NCBI GenBank assembly: GCA_943372655.1
Contig: CALRZP010000018.1
Span: 29,094-93,093 of the forward strand
Direction of reading: 5' to 3'
From: Asaia bogorensis
Lineage (GTDB): Bacteria > Pseudomonadota > Alphaproteobacteria > Reyranellales > Reyranellaceae
Length of the DNA: 64,000 nucleotides
Positions 18,139 to 27,034 of this stretch are shown piece by piece. Every line of letters begins with the position of its first letter. The stretch's first letter is position 1. A program made the position numbers and the translations under genes. Below the pieces are notes generated by a model, which saw only the letters and a program-made list of their open reading frames with translations, was not told the DNA's origin and did no database searches.

Positions 18139-19278
18139 TCACGCCACCTTGTATTTCTTCAGGACCTCGCGATCGATCTCGATACCGAGGCCAGGTCCCG
18201 TCGGGACCTTCACGATGCCCTTCTTCTGCTCGATCGGCTCCTGCGCCAGGTGATCGCGCAAGGGATTGGGCGTCTGCTCGAATTCGAGCATTGGCGGCAT
18301 CGGGCGGAAGGCCGGCGGCTGGTCCGGCAGGGCCGCGAGGAACTGCACCGTGGCCGCGAGGCCGATGGCCGAACCCCAGGCGTGCGGTACGCATTCGACG
18401 CCGAAGGCCGAGGCGAGCGTTGCGATCTTGCGGCATTCCGAGAAACCGCCGGCGGCGCAAAGGTCGGGCTGCACGATGTCCATCGCCTTGCGGGCGATGA
18501 CGTCGCGAAAGCCCCAGCGCGTGAAATCGTTCTCGCCACCGGCCACCGCCATGTCGAGCGCGCGCGTCACTTCGATATAACCGTCATGATCCTCGGGGCT
18601 GATCGGCTCCTCGAACCAGAGGATGTCCTGCTCCTCCAGCATGCGGCCAAGCTTGATGGCATTGGGGACCGAGAAGCAGTGGTTGGCGTCGACCGCGAGC
18701 TTCACGTCCGGCCCGATCGCCTCGCGCACCGCCGTGACCCGCTTCGCATCGAGTTTCAGGTCGCCCAGCCCGATCTTCATCTTGATCGCCTGGAAGCCGG
18801 CGTGCTTGAACTCCAGCGCCTCCTCGACCGCCTCGTCGATCAGGCGGTTCATGTCGATGAAGTAGAGCCCGGTCGCGTAGGGAATCACCTCGGTGCGATA
18901 GGCGCCGCCGATCAGCTTGTGCACCGGCTTGTTCACGGCGCGGCCCATGATGTCCCACAGCGCGATGTCGATGCCGGAGATGGCCGAGATCGCCATGCCG
19001 GTCGTGCCGTAGTCCTTGATCCTGTTGTAGAGGTCTTCCCAGATCGCCTCGACGTCGAACGGATCGCGGCCGATCACCCGCGCCTTGTACTGCGTCTCGA
19101 CGAAGGTCTTGGCGACGGCCGCCGGGCCGTAGCACTCGCCCCAGCCCGTGATGCCCTCGTCGGTCGAGATCTCGACCAGGCAGGTCGAGCGCGTGCCGTA
19201 GACCCAGCCGCGCGCCGAGACGAAAGGCTTGTCGACCTTGCAGCTCAGGATGTGGCAGACGACGTCCGTCACCTTCAT
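18139..19278 (-). CDS. Enolase-superfamily enzyme (mandelate racemase/muconate lactonizing family)
   Basis: 379 aa after a GGAGGA SD. KxK (IKMKIG), DAN / EEP / GEN ligands, QPD..H dyad. Confidence 0.85.
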   Translation of the reverse strand: MKVTDVVCHILSCKVDKPFVSARGWVYGTRSTCLVEISTDEGITGWGECYGPAAVAKTFVETQYKARVIGRDPFDVEAIWEDLYNRIKDYGTTGMAISAISGIDIALWDIMGRAVNKPVHKLIGGAYRTEVIPYATGLYFIDMNRLIDEAVEEALEFKHAGFQAIKMKIGLGDLKLDAKRVTAVREAIGPDVKLAVDANHCFSVPNAIKLGRMLEEQDILWFEEPISPEDHDGYIEVTRALDMAVAGGENDFTRWGFRDVIARKAMDIVQPDLCAAGGFSECRKIATLASAFGVECVPHAWGSAIGLAATVQFLAALPDQPPAFRPMPPMLEFEQTPNPLRDHLAQEPIEQKKGIVKVPTGPGLGIEIDREVLKKYKVA

Positions 19279-19302
19279 CTTCGTTTCCTCCGGATTTATT
19301 CG

Positions 19303-21348
19303 TTAGCCGACTGATATCAGCAAATTGCCGAGACTGTCCTGCCGGACCGTGTCGCCCGGTTCGACGACGGTGGTGCAGTCGAGCTGCTCGAGGATCGCCG
19401 GACCTTCGAGCGTGGCGTCGAGCGGCAGCTTCTCGCGGGCATAGACGGGCGTCTCGTGCCAGCCGTCGCTGAACCAGACGCGGCGGGTGCCGAGCTTGGC
19501 GGCTTCGAGCGTCGGCGCGCGATCGGTGGCGGCCAGCGCGGCCAGCGAGATTTCCGGGCGCACACCGATCACCGCGGTGTGCAGATTGACGAGGACCGGC
19601 GGGATTTCCGGCAGCTCGATGCCGAAGCGCCGCCAGTAGGCGGCGGCGAAGGCCTTGTGCAGGCCGGCGACGCCGATGTCGGCGCTGTCGACGCCGACCG
19701 ACAGGATGTGGCTCTGCCCCTGGAACTGCATGTCGGCCGAGAGCACGCGGCGCAGCTCGCGCACCGGCACGCCCTCGCGCGCGATCGTGGCCTCGCCCTC
19801 GGCTGCCTGCTCGGCATAGATGCGCGCCACCGTGGCGTCGTCGACCGCCGACAGCGGCTTGTTCACGGTGCGCACATAGTCGTGGCGCAGGTCGGCCACG
19901 ACGCAGCCCAGCGCATTGGTGATGCCGGGCCGCACGGGCACCAGCACCGTCGGAATGCCAAGCTCGCGCGCCAAGGCCGTCGCATGCAGCGGACCGGCAC
20001 CGCCGAAAGCAAAGAGTGCGAAGTCGCGCGGATCGTGGCCGCGCGACAGCGACACGAGACGCACGGCACCGGCCATGCGATCGTTGGCGATGCGCAGGAT
20101 GGCCGCGGCCGCCGCCTCGGCATCGAGACCGAGCCGCTGGCCCACCTTCTCCAGCACCAGCCCGCGCACATGGTCGAGCGTCACCGGATGATCGACGCCC
20201 AGCAACTTGTCGGGATTGAGCCGGCCCAGCACCAGGTTGGCGTCTGTGATGGTGGGCTCAGAGCCGCCGCGGCCGTAGCAGATCGGACCGGGTCGCGCGC
20301 CGGCGCTTTCGGGTCCGACCCGGAGCATGCCGGCCGCATCGACCGACGCGATGGAGCCGCCGCCGGCGCCGATCGTGTGGACGTCGACCATCGGCACGTG
20401 GATGGGCATCGCGTATTCGAGTTCGAGCTCGCCCGAGACCTGCGGCACGGCATTCTCGATCAGACCGACATCGGTCGAGGTGCCGCCCATGTCGTAGGTG
20501 ATCAGGTTGGGATGGCCCGAGGCGCGGCCGGTATAGGCGGCCGCCATCACGCCCGAGGCCGGGCCGGACATCACCGTGTTCACCGCCGCCTCGGCGATGA
20601 GCTGCGACGAGATCGTGCCGCCATTGCCCTGCATCACCAGCAGGTCGCGATCGTAGCCCTTGGCCTTCAGCTCGGTGCGCAGGCGCGAGAGATAGCGATC
20701 GAGCACCGGCTGCACGGAAGCATTCACCGCCGCCGTCACGCCACGCTCGTACTCGCGATACTCAGACAGGATGGCATGGCCCGCCGTGACATAGGCGTTT
20801 GGCCACAGGCCGCGCACGATCTCGGCGGCGCGGCGCTCGTGCGCCGGGTTGATGTAGCTGTGCAGGAAATGGATGACGACCGCCTCGCAGCCCGCCGCCA
20901 GCAGCGCCTTCGCGGCCTCCGCGACCGCGGCCTCGTCGAGCGCCGTCAGCACCTTGCCGTCGGCATCCATGCGCTCGGGCACTTCGAGCCGCACCTCGCG
21001 GTCGATCAGCGGCGTGAAGGTGCCGCGCAACCCGTAAGCCTGAGGGCGCGTGCGGCGGCCCAGTTCCAGCACGTCCCGAAAGCCCTTGGTGGTGATCAGC
21101 CCGACCTTGGCGATCTTGCGTTCGAGCACCGCATTCGTGGTCGTCGTCGTGCCGTGCACGACCGCCTGCAGCAGCGCCGGATCGAGACCGGCCGCCGCCA
21201 GCGCCGCCATGAAGCCGATCGCCTGGTTGTCGACGGTAGTCGGCACCTTGGCGAGCCGCACCTCATTCGTGGCCGGATCGATCGCCAGCAGGTCGGTGAA
21301 GGTGCCGCCGACATCGATGCCGACGGTAAATGAGCTCTTGGCGGACAT
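19303..21348 (-). CDS. Hydantoinase/oxoprolinase family protein, A-type (HyuA-like)
   Basis: 681 aa. N-terminus VGIDVGGTFTDL and a second ASKHA-type ATPase motif (MGGTSTDV). No HyuB-type partner in the window. Confidence 0.85.
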   Translation of the reverse strand: MSAKSSFTVGIDVGGTFTDLLAIDPATNEVRLAKVPTTVDNQAIGFMAALAAAGLDPALLQAVVHGTTTTTNAVLERKIAKVGLITTKGFRDVLELGRRTRPQAYGLRGTFTPLIDREVRLEVPERMDADGKVLTALDEAAVAEAAKALLAAGCEAVVIHFLHSYINPAHERRAAEIVRGLWPNAYVTAGHAILSEYREYERGVTAAVNASVQPVLDRYLSRLRTELKAKGYDRDLLVMQGNGGTISSQLIAEAAVNTVMSGPASGVMAAAYTGRASGHPNLITYDMGGTSTDVGLIENAVPQVSGELELEYAMPIHVPMVDVHTIGAGGGSIASVDAAGMLRVGPESAGARPGPICYGRGGSEPTITDANLVLGRLNPDKLLGVDHPVTLDHVRGLVLEKVGQRLGLDAEAAAAAILRIANDRMAGAVRLVSLSRGHDPRDFALFAFGGAGPLHATALARELGIPTVLVPVRPGITNALGCVVADLRHDYVRTVNKPLSAVDDATVARIYAEQAAEGEATIAREGVPVRELRRVLSADMQFQGQSHILSVGVDSADIGVAGLHKAFAAAYWRRFGIELPEIPPVLVNLHTAVIGVRPEISLAALAATDRAPTLEAAKLGTRRVWFSDGWHETPVYAREKLPLDATLEGPAILEQLDCTTVVEPGDTVRQDSLGNLLISVG

Positions 21349-21352
21349 GGGT

Positions 21353-22069
21353 TCAAACCGAAAGATATTGTTCGCGGAGGGAGTCGTTGGCCGCCAGCTC
21401 GGCCATGGAACCGCCGAAGCGGATCTGGCCCTTCTCGATGATGTAGGCGCGGTCGGCGACGCCCAGCGCGAAATGCAGGTTCTGTTCGCACAAAATGACC
21501 GACACGCCCTCGCCCTTCAGCGCCCGGATGGAATTGGCCATCTCCTCGACGATGATAGGGGCCAGTCCCTCCGACGGCTCGTCGAGCAGGACGCAGCTCG
21601 GATTGCCCATCAGGGTCCGGGCAATGGTGAGCATCTGCTGCTCGCCGCCGGACATGCGCCCGCCCGGCCGCTCGCGCATGCGGGCGAGATTGGGGAACAG
21701 CGCGAAGAGCTTGTCTTCCGTCCAGAGCGGAACGCCGGCCCGCGCCGCCTGGCGTCCGACTTCGAGATTCTCCATCACCGACAGCTCGGTGAAGATGCGC
21801 CGCTCCTCGGGCACGTAACCCAGGCCGAGACGCGCAATACGGTACGGCGCCAGGCGCTCGATGCGCTGGCCGGCGAAGCTCACCTCGCCGCGGGTCGGCG
21901 GCACCAGGCCCATGATCGCCTTCATCGCCGTCGACTTGCCCGCGCCGTTGCGGCCCAGCAGGGCCACGACCTCGCCAGCACGCACCTCCAGCGAAATGCC
22001 GTGCAGGATATGGGCGCGGCCGTAGAAGGCGTGCAGGTCCTTCACCTCGAGCATCGGTGGCGCCGTCAA
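21353..22069 (-). CDS. ABC transporter ATP-binding protein (LivF-like)
   Basis: Walker A GRNGAGKST, signature SGGEQQML, Walker B LLDEPS. The start is either the TTG at 22069 (TTGA overlap with the upstream stop) or the ATG at 22054. Confidence 0.85.
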   Translation of the reverse strand: MTAPPMLEVKDLHAFYGRAHILHGISLEVRAGEVVALLGRNGAGKSTAMKAIMGLVPPTRGEVSFAGQRIERLAPYRIARLGLGYVPEERRIFTELSVMENLEVGRQAARAGVPLWTEDKLFALFPNLARMRERPGGRMSGGEQQMLTIARTLMGNPSCVLLDEPSEGLAPIIVEEMANSIRALKGEGVSVILCEQNLHFALGVADRAYIIEKGQIRFGGSMAELAANDSLREQYLSV

Positions 22070-22815
22070 TGCGCGCTCCCGAGATAGACCGCGCGCACGT
22101 TGGGGTTGGCGCGCACTTCGGGCGGCGTGCCGCCGGCGATGAGCACGCCGCGGTCGAGCACGATGATTCGGTCGGCCTGGGTGAAGACCACGTCCATGTC
22201 ATGCTCAGTGAACAGGACCGCGATGTTGCGCGCCCGGGCCAGCCGCGCCGTCAGCTCCATCAGCGCGACCCTCTCCTTGGGCGCCATGCCGGCGGTCGGC
22301 TCGTCCATGAGGAGGAGGCGCGGTTCGTTGGCCAGTGCGATGGCGAGCTCGACCCGCTTCAGGTCGCCATAGGCCAGCACGCCGCAGGTCCGCTCCGCCT
22401 GGTCGAGCATGCCGACCTGGTCGAGCAGCGCATCGGCTTCGGCAGCGAACGCCGCGCCAAAGCGCGACAGCAGCGAGCGCAGCCGGCCGGCATGGGAATA
22501 GAGCGCCATCTGCACATTCTCGCGGACGCTGAGCGAGGCGAAGGTGGCGGTGATCTGGAAGGTGCGGCCGACGCCCAGTCGCCAGATGGCGCGCGGACGG
22601 AGGCCCACGATGTCGCGGCCCTCGAGGCGCACGATGCCGGAGTCGGGCGTCAGTTGGCCGTTCAGCATGTTGAAGCAGGTGCTCTTGCCCGCCCCGTTCG
22701 GCCCGATCAGCGCCAGCATCTCGCCGGCCGAGACGGCGAAGGAGACGTCGGCCACGGCCTGGACGCCGCCGAAGGCCTTGTGCAGCCCTTCGACCTGGAG
22801 GATCGCGTGGCTCAT
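22066..22815 (-). CDS. ABC transporter ATP-binding protein (LivG-like)
   Basis: Trimmed to MSHAILQVEGLHKAFGG. Walker A GPNGAGKST, Walker B LLMDEPTAG. The ATG overlaps the permease stop (ATGA at 22812-22815). Confidence 0.9.
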   Translation of the reverse strand: MSHAILQVEGLHKAFGGVQAVADVSFAVSAGEMLALIGPNGAGKSTCFNMLNGQLTPDSGIVRLEGRDIVGLRPRAIWRLGVGRTFQITATFASLSVRENVQMALYSHAGRLRSLLSRFGAAFAAEADALLDQVGMLDQAERTCGVLAYGDLKRVELAIALANEPRLLLMDEPTAGMAPKERVALMELTARLARARNIAVLFTEHDMDVVFTQADRIIVLDRGVLIAGGTPPEVRANPNVRAVYLGSAH

Positions 22816-24686
22816 GCCCGCTGCTCCCGCCAGCGCGCGACCAACGCCTTCAGGCCGCCGACGAGTCCTTGCGGGAACAGCAGCACGATCAGCAGGATCA
22901 CGCCGCCCATCACGGCGCGCCAGAATTCGGTGTTGCGGGCCACGACGTCGCGCAGCCAGGTGAAGATCGCCGCGCCGACCACCGGACCGGTCAGGGTTTC
23001 GACACCACCCAGCAGCACCATGATGAGCCCATCGGTCGACTGCGCGATCGAGATGCTGGACGGCGAGATGCTGCCCTTGGAGAAGGCGTAGACCGCGCCC
23101 GCGAGACCGGCCAGCGCCCCGACCAGCACGAAGGCCGCCCACTGGAAGCCGCGCAGGTCGATGCCGATCGCCTCGGCGCGCAGCGGCGAATCGCGGCCGG
23201 CCCGCAGGGCATAGCCGAAGGGCGAGAACAGCACGCGCCACAGGAAGACGATGCCGGCGCCGCACAGGACGAGCGCGAGATAGTAATAGGTCGTCTTGTC
23301 GGCGAGCCACGGCGACGGCCAGACGCCGAACACACCGTTGCTGCCGCCCGTCATCGAATCCCACTGGAAGACGATCGACCAGCTGATCTGCGCGAAGGCG
23401 AGCGTCAGCATGGCGAGGTAGACGCCCGACAGGCGCACGCAGAACCAGCCGTAGACGATGGCGAAGGCGCCAGCGACCAGCGGCGCCAGCAGGAGCGCGG
23501 CTTCCATTGGCAGGCCGAAGCGCTTCATCAGCAGGCCCGCCGCATAGGCGCCGATGCCGAAATAGGCGGCGTGGCCGAACGAAACCATGCCGGCCGGCCC
23601 CATGATGAAGTGGAGGGAGACGGAGAACAGCGCGAAGCAGACGATGTCGGTCAGCAGGATCGTGGTGTAGCGATCGGCGGCCAGCGGCACGAGGGCGAGC
23701 AGCGCCAGCCAGACGAGCGCGAATGTCCAGGACGGCACCTGCAGTCGCGGCGCCGGTTCGGCCGCCCGCTGCGCGGCCTGCGGCTTGCCCAGCAGCCCGA
23801 AGGGCCGCACGACCAGCACCAGCGCCATGATCAGGAACTCGACCACCAGCGTGAGCTTGGAGAAGGAAACCTCGAAGCCGAACCAGGTCACGGTGCCGAT
23901 GCCGATGCAGAAGGCCTTGGCGACGCCGATGATGATGGCGGCCAGGAAGGCGCCACCGATGCTGCCCAGCCCGCCCACCACCGTCACAACGAACGCGTCT
24001 GCGATGATGGCGAGGTCAAGTTCGAGATTGGCCGGCTCGCGCGGGATCTGCAGCGCGCCGCCCAGCCCTGCGAGGACGGAGCCCACGAAGAAAACGGAGG
24101 TGAAGAGCTTGGCCTGGTCGACGCCCAGCGCGCCCACCATCTCGCGGTCCTGCGTCGCCGCCCGCACCAACGCGCCCCAGCGCGTTCGCGTCAGCAGCAG
24201 CCAGATGGCCCCCAGCACGACCGGGCCGATGGCGATCAGCACCAGGTCGTAGGCCGGAATGCGCCGCCCCATGATCTCGACCGCCATAGAAAGACCGGGC
24301 GCACGCGGCCCGACCAGATCCTCGGCGCCCCAGGTGAAGAGTGCGATGTCCTTGATCACCAGCACGACCGCGAAGGTCGCCAGCAGCTGGAACAGCTCCG
24401 GCGCGCGATAGATGCGCCGCAGGATCAGCACCTCGATCAGGATGCCGACCAGGCCCACCGCGAGCGCCGACAGCACGACGGCGCCCCAGAAGCCGAGCGG
24501 CGTCCGACCGAAGAACTCGATCAGCGAATAGGCGCCGTAGAGCCCCAGCATGTAGAGCGAGCCGTGCGCGAAATTCACGATCCGCGTGACGCCGAAGATC
24601 AGCGACAGGCCGGCGGACACCAGGAACAGCGACGCGGCAGCCGCCAGCCCGTTCAGCAGCTGGATGAGGATGGAAGCGAGAGTCAC
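22812..24686 (-). CDS. Fused branched-chain-amino-acid-type ABC permease (LivH-like + LivM-like)
   Basis: 624-aa polytopic protein. The N-terminal half resembles LivH (..INFAHGSLYMLG..) and the C-terminal half resembles LivM (..VSFGHAAYFGIGAY..). GTG start. Confidence 0.8.
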   Translation of the reverse strand: MTLASILIQLLNGLAAAASLFLVSAGLSLIFGVTRIVNFAHGSLYMLGLYGAYSLIEFFGRTPLGFWGAVVLSALAVGLVGILIEVLILRRIYRAPELFQLLATFAVVLVIKDIALFTWGAEDLVGPRAPGLSMAVEIMGRRIPAYDLVLIAIGPVVLGAIWLLLTRTRWGALVRAATQDREMVGALGVDQAKLFTSVFFVGSVLAGLGGALQIPREPANLELDLAIIADAFVVTVVGGLGSIGGAFLAAIIIGVAKAFCIGIGTVTWFGFEVSFSKLTLVVEFLIMALVLVVRPFGLLGKPQAAQRAAEPAPRLQVPSWTFALVWLALLALVPLAADRYTTILLTDIVCFALFSVSLHFIMGPAGMVSFGHAAYFGIGAYAAGLLMKRFGLPMEAALLLAPLVAGAFAIVYGWFCVRLSGVYLAMLTLAFAQISWSIVFQWDSMTGGSNGVFGVWPSPWLADKTTYYYLALVLCGAGIVFLWRVLFSPFGYALRAGRDSPLRAEAIGIDLRGFQWAAFVLVGALAGLAGAVYAFSKGSISPSSISIAQSTDGLIMVLLGGVETLTGPVVGAAIFTWLRDVVARNTEFWRAVMGGVILLIVLLFPQGLVGGLKALVARWREQRA

Positions 24687-24710
24687 GCGATGGCCGAGGA
24701 GAGAGAAGGT

Positions 24711-24777
24711 GTCATCCCGAGCACAGCGAGGGACCTTTCACGATGCCTCAAAGGTCCCTCACTTCGTTCGGGATGAC
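24711..24777. repeat. TIR-hairpin repeat, family A-related (short diverged copy 3)
   Basis: gtcatcccgagcacagcgagggacc .. ggtccctcacttcgttcgggatgac. Sits between the binding-protein gene and the permease gene. Confidence 0.75.
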
Positions 24778-24787
24778 AGCTGCGCCG

Positions 24788-25993
24788 TCAGTTCTTCGGC
24801 CGCATCTTCTGGACGTCGGCGTCGCTCGGCAGGGCGTCCCTGCCGTCGACGAAACGCCAGTTCTTCATGTAGCCCTTGCCGTCCTTCACGCCGATCTGGC
24901 CGACATAGGCGCCCATGGTCGACTGATGGTCGATCGGCCGGTACTCGATCATGCCGAAGGGCGTGATCAGCGTGAGGCCTTTCATCGCCGCGACGAGCTT
25001 CTCCTGGTCGAGCGAGCCCGCCTTCTTGATCGCCTCGGCCGCCGACATCACGGTCGCGTAACCGACCACCGAACCCAGCCGCGGATAGTCCTTGAACTTG
25101 GCCTGGTAGGCGTTGAGGAACTTGGTGTGCTCGGGCGTCTTGAGCTCGCTCCACGGATAGCCGGTGACGTACCAGCCGTCGGGCGACTCCTCCTTCAGCG
25201 GATCGAGATACTCGGGCTCGCCGGCCAGCAGATTGAAGACCTCCACGCCCTTGAACAGGCCACGGGTCTGGCCCTCGCGCACGAACTTGGCGAGGTCGGG
25301 CCCGAACAGCGAGGAGAAGATCGCGTCGGGCTTGGCGTCGGCCAGGGCTTGCGCCACGGCGCCCGCATCGATCTTGCCCAGCGGCGTCGCCTGCTCGGCG
25401 ACGAATTCGACATCGGGCTGCTTCTCCTTCAGGAGCTTCTTGAAGGCGGCCGTCGCCGACTGGCCGTACTCATAGTTCGGATAGACGATCGCCCAGCGCT
25501 TCTTCTTCAGCTTGACGGCATCGGGAATGAGCATCGCCGTCTGCATGTAGGTCGAGGTGCGCAGGCGGAACGTGTAGGCATTGCCCTGGTCCCAGACGAT
25601 CTTGTCGGTCAGCGGCTCGGCGGCGATGAACAGGACCTTGCGCTGCTTGGCGAAGTCGGCGACGGCGAGGCCGACATTCGACGGGAAGGTGCCGATCAGG
25701 AACGCGGCGCCCTCGCGGCTCAGCAGCTCCTCGGCGACGCGCACGGCATCGCCGGGATTGCCGTTGTCGTCGCGACTCACGACCTCGATCTTGCGGCCGA
25801 GCACGCCGCCGGCCGCGTTGACCTCTTCCACCGCCAGCTCGATGCCCTTCTTGTAGGGTTCGAGGAAGGCCGGGAAGACCTTGTAGCTGTTGAGTTCGCC
25901 GATCTTGATCGGTGCCTGTGCGGCAGCCGGTCCGACGAGCGACAGCGCCACGAGCGCGGCGGTGCCGGCAAGCAGGCGATTGCGGGTCAGCAT
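24788..25993 (-). CDS. ABC transporter substrate-binding protein (Leu/Ile/Val-binding-protein family)
   Basis: Signal peptide ..LVGPAAAQA after a GGAGGGGGA SD. IKIGELNSY..AVEEVNAAGGVLGRKIEVV pattern of the Peripla_BP_6 family. Confidence 0.9.
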   Translation of the reverse strand: MLTRNRLLAGTAALVALSLVGPAAAQAPIKIGELNSYKVFPAFLEPYKKGIELAVEEVNAAGGVLGRKIEVVSRDDNGNPGDAVRVAEELLSREGAAFLIGTFPSNVGLAVADFAKQRKVLFIAAEPLTDKIVWDQGNAYTFRLRTSTYMQTAMLIPDAVKLKKKRWAIVYPNYEYGQSATAAFKKLLKEKQPDVEFVAEQATPLGKIDAGAVAQALADAKPDAIFSSLFGPDLAKFVREGQTRGLFKGVEVFNLLAGEPEYLDPLKEESPDGWYVTGYPWSELKTPEHTKFLNAYQAKFKDYPRLGSVVGYATVMSAAEAIKKAGSLDQEKLVAAMKGLTLITPFGMIEYRPIDHQSTMGAYVGQIGVKDGKGYMKNWRFVDGRDALPSDADVQKMRPKN

Positions 25994-26069
25994 GACATCC
26001 CCCTCCTGAATAAGTGAAACATTCCCTGTGAACCGACCCTAGCGAGGCCGGCCCCTCTCCCACAAGCGC

Positions 26070-26450
26070 TCAGTCGGCAAAGCTCGACCGTGCCTGTATT
26101 CCCCAATGACCGTCCTGCAGGGTCACGATGTAGATCGTCTCGAAGACGCCGAGCAGCGAGCCATCCTCGCGCCAGCGGCTGAACTTCACCTTGAGATGGA
26201 CCTTGTCGCGGCCGACATGGATCGGCGTGCGCTCGTCCCACTTGCTGTGATGCCAGCCGTCGCCGGCGCGGGCAACGAAGTCACCCAGCTTGTAGTCGCC
26301 GTGGTTGGGCCAGACGACGACCTTGCCGCCGGCCAGTCGCACATGCGGGAAATTGCAGGCGTCGTTGACGGCCGGCTCGTCGCCGCGATTGAGGCCGTCG
26401 ATATAGGCGTCCATCACCTTCAGGGCCGCGGCGAGCGCCTCGTCGTTCAT
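26070..26450 (-). CDS. NTF2/SnoaL-like fold protein
   Basis: 126 aa (MNDEALAAALKVMDAYIDGLNRGD..). The ATG overlaps the upstream stop (ATGA at 26447-26450). The 334-aa ORF in the track is a shadow extension. Confidence 0.6.
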   Translation of the reverse strand: MNDEALAAALKVMDAYIDGLNRGDEPAVNDACNFPHVRLAGGKVVVWPNHGDYKLGDFVARAGDGWHHSKWDERTPIHVGRDKVHLKVKFSRWREDGSLLGVFETIYIVTLQDGHWGIQARSSFAD

Positions 26451-27034
26451 CGTTGCCCGTCCCCCAGCTTGATCTCGGCAGGGGTCAGCCCGCCGACTCT
26501 TGCGTGAGGCCGGCCCCCGATCGAGGCGGCGACGATGAACACGATCTCGTCCGGACGCGGCCCATCGGGCACGCAGAACTCGATGGCATCGAAATGGCTG
26601 CGCACATAGGCCGCCGTCACGTGATGCAGCGGAATGTCGATGCGCGCACCGGCCGTCGCGACCTTCACGGTCGAGGGCACGATCGACTTGGCGCCGCCCA
26701 TGGCGTGGCGGATACCGAAGCCGCTGGGCTGGTGCCACAGCGCGGCATGTTCCAGCTCGCCGTTCAGTCCGACGATGGCGCCCTTGCCGTAGGCTTCCAG
26801 CTCGGAGCCCTGGGCACCCAGGATCTTCATCACCCGCTCGGTGAGATCGACCGCGAGCGGTTCCAGCGCCTTCATCATCGGCTGGATGTCGGCCACGTGG
26901 CGACCGGCATAGGGATTGGCGATGACGCTGCCGACCACGGCCTTCGTGACCGGGCGAGCGAGCGCCGGCCCGAAGTCGTGGAGAGTCTCCTCGACCGTCG
27001 CCACGTATTTCCGCACCTTCACCAGATCGCTCAT
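26447..27034 (-). CDS. Amino acid synthesis family protein (DUF1185 / AA_synth)
   Basis: 195 aa (MSDLVKVRKYVATVEETLHDFG..). Recalled as the AA_synth family that co-occurs with UPF0280 and Hnr-like genes. ATGA overlap at 27031-27034. Confidence 0.65.
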   Translation of the reverse strand: MSDLVKVRKYVATVEETLHDFGPALARPVTKAVVGSVIANPYAGRHVADIQPMMKALEPLAVDLTERVMKILGAQGSELEAYGKGAIVGLNGELEHAALWHQPSGFGIRHAMGGAKSIVPSTVKVATAGARIDIPLHHVTAAYVRSHFDAIEFCVPDGPRPDEIVFIVAASIGGRPHARVGGLTPAEIKLGDGQR

